From NCBI GenBank assembly GCA_027022365.1, contig JALVYU010000026.1, positions 320,001 to 384,000 of the forward strand: a stretch of 64,000 nt of DNA. The letters are read 5' to 3'. The notes under the pieces were generated by a model. That model saw only the letters and a list, made by a program, of their open reading frames with translations, was not told where the DNA came from and did not search any database. Numbering within the stretch: position 1 is the first letter of the stretch; the number at the start of each line of letters is the position of its first letter. Origin of the DNA: Desulfurococcales archaeon (GTDB lineage: Archaea > Thermoproteota > Thermoprotei_A > Sulfolobales > Desulfurococcaceae). Below, in pieces: positions 58,062 to 64,000 of the stretch. A program made the translations under genes and the position numbers.

Positions 58062-59906
58062 TTGAAGCTACTGCTAATACACGCCAAAAAATTCAGCTAT
58101 AGTGTCACGGAAAAAGCCATCAATAACCCCGAGGAGCTTGATGAAAAGAACAGGGCTAGAGATCTCGAGAACACGTTGGTCGTGTTCACTTCGGTCGAGA
58201 AAGACGATGACGAGAATGTGGTTAGTAGAGCCGCTGAGGAAATCATTGAGATCGCCAAGAAGATAAAACCATCTTCAATAGTCATATACCCGTATGCTCA
58301 TCTCTCAGCAGAACTAGCCGATCCATTAACAGCGCAGAAAATACTAGCACAACTATATGAGAAGTTATCGGAGAAGGCAGAAATACAAGTATATAAGGCG
58401 CCATTCGGATGGTATAAAGCCTTCACAATAGAATGTTATGGCCACCCATTAAGCGAGCTCTCTAAAACAATAAAGAAGACCAAGGGCGGCGAAATAGTAC
58501 GTAGAGAGATCAAAAAGGAATTCTATATTGTTGCTCCAGACGGAGAAGTATTTAAACCTGAAGAATTCGATTACTCGGAATACCCCGACCTAAAGATACT
58601 GGTCGATAAGGAAGTATTCGGAAAAGTGCTCGAGGGCGGCGAGAACATAGTCAATAAGTACTGTAGGAAGTTCGGATTCGAGTGGGAGCCCATGAGTGAC
58701 CATGGCCATATGCGATACGGCCCCCACGCGACAACTATTATGGAGGCACTATTCCAGTATTCCTGGCAAGTCGCTAGGAGCCTCGGAATACCGGTGTTTA
58801 AAGTCATAGGTACAAACATATTCGATCTCTCCGAGAAACCCGTCCTAGAACACGCGCTATTATTCGGTGATAGACTATACGAGCTCGAAGTAGAGGGCAA
58901 AAAATATGTTATGAGATATGCTGCGTGCCACCAGCAATTCGCGATGCTGAGAGACTGGATCATAAGCTATAAGAATCTGCCATTCGGAATGTTCGAGGTC
59001 GCGGACAGTTACAGATTAGAACAAAGAGGAGAATTAAACCTATGCTTTAGGCTAAGAAAATTCTATATGCCAGACCTACATATTCTCACTAGAGATCTAG
59101 AACAGGCAATAGAGGCCTCAAAAACTGTTCAGAAAAAAATTCTTGAAGAAGTATCTAAAGTAGGGCGCAGATACGTTGCACTATATAATGTAACACGTGA
59201 TTTCTTCGAGAAATACAGGGAGGTACTAGTAGACTTCATAAAGAGAGACAACTACCCAGCACTCGTCGCAGTCATACCTTCTGGAATATACTATTGGGTC
59301 CTAAACGTGGAGTACCACATTATAGATAATCTGAAAAGACCTAGAGAAATAGCGACCTTCCAGATAGATATTGGTAACGGGAAGAGATTCAACATAACAT
59401 ACACTGATGAAAACGGTGAAAAGAAATACCCAGTCATAATACATACCGCGATCCTTGGGGGAATAGAGAGATACATATATATGGTATTGGATACCGCGGC
59501 CCAGATACAACTCAACGGAAAAACACCATACATTCCCACATGGCTATCACCGATCCAAGTTAGGATAATACCGATCAAGAAAGAATACCTTGACTATGCG
59601 AAATCTATAGCTGAAAAACTACTCGCTAAAGGAATACGTGTCGACATAGACGACAGAGAGGAGAGCCTAGGCAAAAGAATACGTGATGCCGGAAGGGAAT
59701 GGATACCATATATCGTTGTCATCGGTGAGAGAGAAATAAAGAGCAATACTATCAACGTGAGGTTTAGAAAGACAAATGACCAGAAAATAATGAGCGTCGA
59801 TGAACTCGTAAAAACGATTGATAAGGAGATAAAAGATTATCCAAGAATACCGCAAACATTACCGGTAATGATCAGCCAAAGACCCATTCCTAGCTATCAA
59901 GCTTAA
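58062..59906 (+). CDS. thrS: threonyl-tRNA synthetase with archaeal N-terminal editing domain
   Basis: LLLIHA..YPYAHLS..APFGWYK..GHPLSELS; YAACHQQF; HTAILGGIER. Confidence 0.96.
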   Translation: MKLLLIHAKKFSYSVTEKAINNPEELDEKNRARDLENTLVVFTSVEKDDDENVVSRAAEEIIEIAKKIKPSSIVIYPYAHLSAELADPLTAQKILAQLYEKLSEKAEIQVYKAPFGWYKAFTIECYGHPLSELSKTIKKTKGGEIVRREIKKEFYIVAPDGEVFKPEEFDYSEYPDLKILVDKEVFGKVLEGGENIVNKYCRKFGFEWEPMSDHGHMRYGPHATTIMEALFQYSWQVARSLGIPVFKVIGTNIFDLSEKPVLEHALLFGDRLYELEVEGKKYVMRYAACHQQFAMLRDWIISYKNLPFGMFEVADSYRLEQRGELNLCFRLRKFYMPDLHILTRDLEQAIEASKTVQKKILEEVSKVGRRYVALYNVTRDFFEKYREVLVDFIKRDNYPALVAVIPSGIYYWVLNVEYHIIDNLKRPREIATFQIDIGNGKRFNITYTDENGEKKYPVIIHTAILGGIERYIYMVLDTAAQIQLNGKTPYIPTWLSPIQVRIIPIKKEYLDYAKSIAEKLLAKGIRVDIDDREESLGKRIRDAGREWIPYIVVIGEREIKSNTINVRFRKTNDQKIMSVDELVKTIDKEIKDYPRIPQTLPVMISQRPIPSYQA

Positions 59907-59960
59907 TTTTCTCTGAACAATATTTTTCAGCCCCACTATCCGCGAACGGTGTAACGTCTT

Positions 59961-60572
59961 ATGGTGGAGAAGAAATTCCTCGGACGACACATTATGATCA
60001 AGGGCGAGTATATCGATGATCTCCTATCCGGCAGGAAAAAAGCAACCATCCGAAAAGGTATCGTTATTCCTAAATACAAAGAAATGATCGTACATGGTGG
60101 AGGAAGGCCTGTAGCAAAGATAAGAATTAACAAAGTATATTACAAAAAGCTCAAAGAACTCAATGACAACGATGCCGTAAAAGATGGGTTCAATAACAAG
60201 GCTGAGCTTATAAAAGCTCTAGAAACAGTATACCCGGGAATTAAACCCGATGACTGGGTAACAATAATAGAGTTTGACGTCATACAACGACTAGACAACA
60301 TAAAGTCCGAAGAACCCTATATGGGACTCACCCCGGGGGATCTAGCTAGAATAGCCCTACGATACCTGCAGGACGAACTCACGGAAAAAGATAGGGAAAT
60401 ACTGCTAGATCTAACGAGGACAAACAGTATAAGAGCCGCAGCCTTGAGACTATTCAATTCACTAGAAAAAAGGTATATCGTAAGAAAAACGTTAAAGAAG
60501 GTATTACGAAAACTTCTAGAAAGAGGTATAATCAAAAACACAGAAAAGAAAAGCAATAGGCGAACAATATGA
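59961..60572 (+). CDS. ASCH-domain protein with a C-terminal HTH
   Basis: LLSGRKKATIR...DAVKDGF...WVTIIEF. Confidence 0.85.
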   Translation: MVEKKFLGRHIMIKGEYIDDLLSGRKKATIRKGIVIPKYKEMIVHGGGRPVAKIRINKVYYKKLKELNDNDAVKDGFNNKAELIKALETVYPGIKPDDWVTIIEFDVIQRLDNIKSEEPYMGLTPGDLARIALRYLQDELTEKDREILLDLTRTNSIRAAALRLFNSLEKRYIVRKTLKKVLRKLLERGIIKNTEKKSNRRTI

Positions 60573-60721
60573 CCTACTGGATACTAAAATGCCGCTCATG
60601 CGGAAAGGAATGGAAGCTCAACGTCAGCTACCCGCTCAAAAAGGAATTCACAAAGCTTTATCACTATTGTCCATTCTGTAAAAAGAACACATTCCACGAT
60701 ATAATAGAGTACGTAGAGTAG
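60569..60721 (+). CDS. 50-aa Zn-ribbon protein (not in the ORF track)
   Basis: MTYWILKCRSCGKEWKLNVSYPLKKEFTKLYHYCPFCKKNTFHDIIEYVE*; ATGA overlap with the ASCH gene. Confidence 0.78.
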   Translation: MTYWILKCRSCGKEWKLNVSYPLKKEFTKLYHYCPFCKKNTFHDIIEYVE

Positions 60722-60734
60722 GAAGAACCTCGAA

Positions 60735-60790
60735 ATGATGAATCCACGGGAATGACCCAAGCAGGGGATGAGAACACCTGTCTCAGCTGA
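60735..60790 (+). ncRNA. box C/D sRNA candidate (D guide antisense to 23S UGAGACAGGU)
   Basis: ATGATGA-ATCCACGGGAATGAC-CCAA...GGGATGA-GAACACCTGTCTCAG-CTGA. Confidence 0.78.
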
Positions 60791-61091
60791 TCTTAAATAA
60801 TTATTTCAATCAATAAATAGAGGAATTAATACCGTAGATACGAGTAATATAGTATAGTGGTATAAATGCCCAAAGTAGGTATTTGGTCAAAATCACTAGT
60901 AAAAAGTACAAACAATAAATAGTAGAGAAATAAAGATCTTGAGAGTGTTAAATAATAATATTACGGTTCTAATTGTGCAAATCTAACTGATTTCCTTACG
61001 GAAATACTTTGGTCTTTTGGGATAGACAGATATTTTTGTGCAGTAGAACAATATAGTTATGACAATATAATCCGACGAACGGTGATCTAGT

Positions 61092-62378
61092 TTGAATACT
61101 TTGCAGATACCGCGGAGAGCATTGTTTTTTCTAGTTTTATCATTTATCTTACTATTTATGATCTCGGCGATGAGGATTACTGCGGGAATGTTACTTGATA
61201 GCCCTTTATTAAATATTGAGGGGTTTCACGCACTTATAGATACTGTGATCTCGTTCTTTATTGTTTTCACAATATTTATTGTAAGGTCATCCATTTCTCA
61301 GAGGTTTCCCTACGGACTATATAAGCTAGAAGACCTAGTAGCCATCCTATTGAGTATGATCATCTTATTTACGCTTTTCACAAGCATTGATGAAATATTT
61401 TATAAGCCATCAACACCTAATCTCACTGTACTTCTAGTCCAAGCATCAACAATACCTTTACTAGTTTTGTCTGTCTTATCCAAATACAAATCTGCCTATA
61501 TCCTGCACTCTCCATCCCTGAAGGCAGATGCCGCACACATGTTCGTTGATGTAATTGAAACATCCTCCGTTACATTTGGGCTACTGTTGTTCATGATCAC
61601 GCGTTACGGGTTCATCTACACATTATCATTAATTATTGCTCTTATAGGTCTATTACTGGCCGCATACGAGGCAGCGCATGACTCTATCCTAGCAATCCTA
61701 GATCTGCCGAAAGATAAGAAGTTTTTAGAAGAATTAAAAAATTATATACGAGAACTGATCAGGGGTAAAGCAGAGCTGATTGATCTGAAGGCAAGATGGG
61801 CAGGTCCTATTGTTTTTGTCGAGATGCTCCTACGTTCACACCCCCTAAATACGCTTGAATCCATTGGGCGTTTGACTAGATGTATAGAAGAAAATATTCG
61901 TAAGAGATTTGAGGATGTAAAATACATTATTGTAACAGTCAAGCCAACTATTAGGAGTCGTCTAAAAGTTGCGGTACCAGTAGAAGATGCAGGCCCAAAC
62001 CCATCGTTATCTGACCATTTTGGCAAGGCACACTATTTCCTCATAGTTGAAGTAAATAATGAGCAGATAATCAGCAAACAAATTATTAGCAAGAACACAA
62101 TACTCGGCCACCCACCAGGGAAAGCAACTAAAGTTAATGTTCCACAGAGTCTCTTGAGAGGAGCCGAAATCGCCGAGAATCTTCATAATATGGGTGTAAC
62201 CGATGTAATTGTGAAGAATATTGGTGAAATAGCATATTCCCTCTTATTGCGCCATAAGATAGTTGTTTGGAAAGGTCGTGACGGTAATGCCATAGATAAT
62301 ATAAAGTATCTTATTAGAGGCTATCTAGAAGTCCTAGATCAACCAACACATGAGGCTAGCTGGAAGAAGAACTTATAA
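61092..62378 (+). CDS. cation diffusion facilitator fused to a NifB/NifX-like domain
   Basis: EGFHALID, FPYGLYKLE, SLKADAAH..D; C-terminal HFGKAHYF...GV..VI..IG. Confidence 0.85.
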   Translation: MNTLQIPRRALFFLVLSFILLFMISAMRITAGMLLDSPLLNIEGFHALIDTVISFFIVFTIFIVRSSISQRFPYGLYKLEDLVAILLSMIILFTLFTSIDEIFYKPSTPNLTVLLVQASTIPLLVLSVLSKYKSAYILHSPSLKADAAHMFVDVIETSSVTFGLLLFMITRYGFIYTLSLIIALIGLLLAAYEAAHDSILAILDLPKDKKFLEELKNYIRELIRGKAELIDLKARWAGPIVFVEMLLRSHPLNTLESIGRLTRCIEENIRKRFEDVKYIIVTVKPTIRSRLKVAVPVEDAGPNPSLSDHFGKAHYFLIVEVNNEQIISKQIISKNTILGHPPGKATKVNVPQSLLRGAEIAENLHNMGVTDVIVKNIGEIAYSLLLRHKIVVWKGRDGNAIDNIKYLIRGYLEVLDQPTHEASWKKNL

Positions 62379-62379
62379 T

Positions 62380-63684
62380 TTAATCAATCCAGTCGCCCGT
62401 CTCGATCTTTGTTGGTATATATGTGTCAGCTAGGAATTTTAGTCCCTTACTAGCCATGGCTTCAATCTCCAGCTTGGCCAGTTTTGAGAAGAATATACTG
62501 ATTTCTTTGATCCACTCGGGCGTTCTAAACCATGGATAGCCTGATACTCCGAGTTTCTTCTGACGGATATACTTCTTGATCTCTGGATTGCTTATGAGTT
62601 TATCTGCTACATCGTAGCCTACCAACTCAACTGCTCTCTCAACGTCTTTTTTCTTGGCCTTGATGATATAGTTTCTTCTTTCCTTTTCTGAGAGATACGC
62701 TTTCTTCCTAGGCTTTGATATAGCATCCTTGATTTCTTTTCCAAAAATCGATGTAAGTTTGTTTATGTTCTTGGCGGCTTCTTCTTCGCCGAAGATATCA
62801 GTCATTGATACACCTATAAATTTCGCATCGGGAGTAGCTAGTCTCTCGCTCTCATATGATAATGTTATCGAGCCTATTTTGAACACACTATATATATACC
62901 ATCCATAAGGATCCGCGTCTGTAAGTATGTATATTGGTAGTTTCAATTCCTCGCTTAGCCTTCTAACAAATCTACGTGTTGCTCTGTCAGGCTGACCAGC
63001 ACTCGTTATAAGTATCGCCTTATACTTTTTCCAAAAACCATATCTGTGCAACTGTTGGAATACGGCATCCTTCTCGACGACGAGAACAAATTCGGCGTCA
63101 ATATCCTTGAATTCTATTAGGTCCGGTGTAGGCTCTATAGCATAGGCGCCATGCCCCATCTTGCTTAGATCAATAACATCATCGCCGCTCTTAATGATTA
63201 AATTACCTACAACCTTTCCTTTTTCCTTGCTCAAGATCAGCATCTCCTCTCTTAGTACGCCAAGAAATACCTCGATATCCCTTATCACAGCATCTGATTC
63301 TCTCTGTTCATCCCAAGTGTTCTCATGATGCATTTTACCCGATATGTCGCGATAGCTTATCGTGTGTTTTCCTCTGTAATAGAGATCACGTATGGTCGGG
63401 TATTCGTCGTTAACAAGAGCCTCATAAATTATTGACGCCATTAACAGTGTCTGCATGAATTTCCTTGCTTCATTGACGTCGAGGAGACTACGTCTTTTCA
63501 TCTCTGGGCCTAGAAGGAGAAGCTTCTTCTTCATATCATATATTGTGTTACTTAGAACCCTCTTAGGCATTATCAATACAGGTTTTTTACCCTCAAGTAT
63601 TCTTTTAGCTATTGATGCAAACTTTTTCCTTAATATCTCAAGGCTCCTCTGTCTCGCGTACTTGTCAACCGATGATATTGCCAT
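62380..63684 (-). CDS. top6A: DNA topoisomerase VI subunit A
   Basis: TIRDLYY, VVEKDAVF, GQPDRATR, TDADPYG, KLEIEA. Confidence 0.96.
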   Translation of the reverse strand: MAISSVDKYARQRSLEILRKKFASIAKRILEGKKPVLIMPKRVLSNTIYDMKKKLLLLGPEMKRRSLLDVNEARKFMQTLLMASIIYEALVNDEYPTIRDLYYRGKHTISYRDISGKMHHENTWDEQRESDAVIRDIEVFLGVLREEMLILSKEKGKVVGNLIIKSGDDVIDLSKMGHGAYAIEPTPDLIEFKDIDAEFVLVVEKDAVFQQLHRYGFWKKYKAILITSAGQPDRATRRFVRRLSEELKLPIYILTDADPYGWYIYSVFKIGSITLSYESERLATPDAKFIGVSMTDIFGEEEAAKNINKLTSIFGKEIKDAISKPRKKAYLSEKERRNYIIKAKKKDVERAVELVGYDVADKLISNPEIKKYIRQKKLGVSGYPWFRTPEWIKEISIFFSKLAKLEIEAMASKGLKFLADTYIPTKIETGDWID

Positions 63685-63697
63685 CTCAGCTCACCCG

Positions 63698-64000
63698 TTA
63701 TACACCTATTTCAACACTCCTAACAACCTTGTACACTTCATCTTTAGGAAGACCTGTTCGAAGTGATACTATTTCAACTAATTTTTCTTCAAGAAGCTTT
63801 GCTTTCCCACCCTGTCCGTCACCAAGGATTATGGTGAGAGCCCTCACTATTTCTGGAACATATTTTGCTAGGCTTACAACTCTCTTTTTCTTCTCCTCCT
63901 CCTTAATCTTCTTGGACAAGTATACCCTTAGTCTTCGTGCAACTTCTTGTATTGCAAGCTTTATCTCGTTCCTGATCTCCTTGACATCCGCAATACTTTC
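63698..64000 (-). CDS. top6B: DNA topoisomerase VI subunit B, C-terminal part (continues off the right edge)
   Basis: ESIADVKEIRNEIKLAIQEVARRLRVYL...KYVPEI; directly upstream of top6A. Confidence 0.9.
   Translation of the reverse strand, partial: ESIADVKEIRNEIKLAIQEVARRLRVYLSKKIKEEEKKKRVVSLAKYVPEIVRALTIILGDGQGGKAKLLEEKLVEIVSLRTGLPKDEVYKVVRSVEIGV

Noticed and set aside
1-64000. CRISPR arrays, IS elements/transposases, inteins (radA, rgy, lhr, top6A), rRNA genes
   Set aside because: No regularly spaced repeats, transposase motifs, intein termini or rRNA sequence seen on reading; short degenerate elements could have been missed.

Overview
A 64-kb gene-dense piece of a hyperthermophilic crenarchaeal chromosome, probably Desulfurococcales (Staphylothermus-like). 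The assignment rests on reverse gyrase, two Alba genes, an Rpo13-like gene, the Ced DNA-import genes, a cbf5 intron and GGTGA-type Shine-Dalgarno motifs. Most of the window is core genome: the large ribosomal-protein/secY cluster (minus strand, about 7-28 kb, interrupted by a MoxR-vWA pair), ino1, archease, radA, PCNA, XPB, Lhr, thrS and topo VI. It also holds three tRNAs and about nine box C/D-type sRNA candidates. The standout locus is tRNA-Phe(GAA) at 4430-5169 (-). It is interrupted at position 30/31 by a 666-nt element with a perfect bulge-helix-bulge motif and a 15-bp perfect terminal duplex, and the element encodes a double-motif LAGLIDADG homing endonuclease with one in-frame TGA. The element is exactly 222 codons long, and circularising it would create an in-frame AUG behind a GGGUGAU Shine-Dalgarno. 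It also has a U-rich terminator-like tract after the 5' half and a TATA box positioned to start the 3' half, so it may be an intermediate between a mobile tRNA intron and a trans-spliced split tRNA. All calls come from reading the sequence; no database searches were run.
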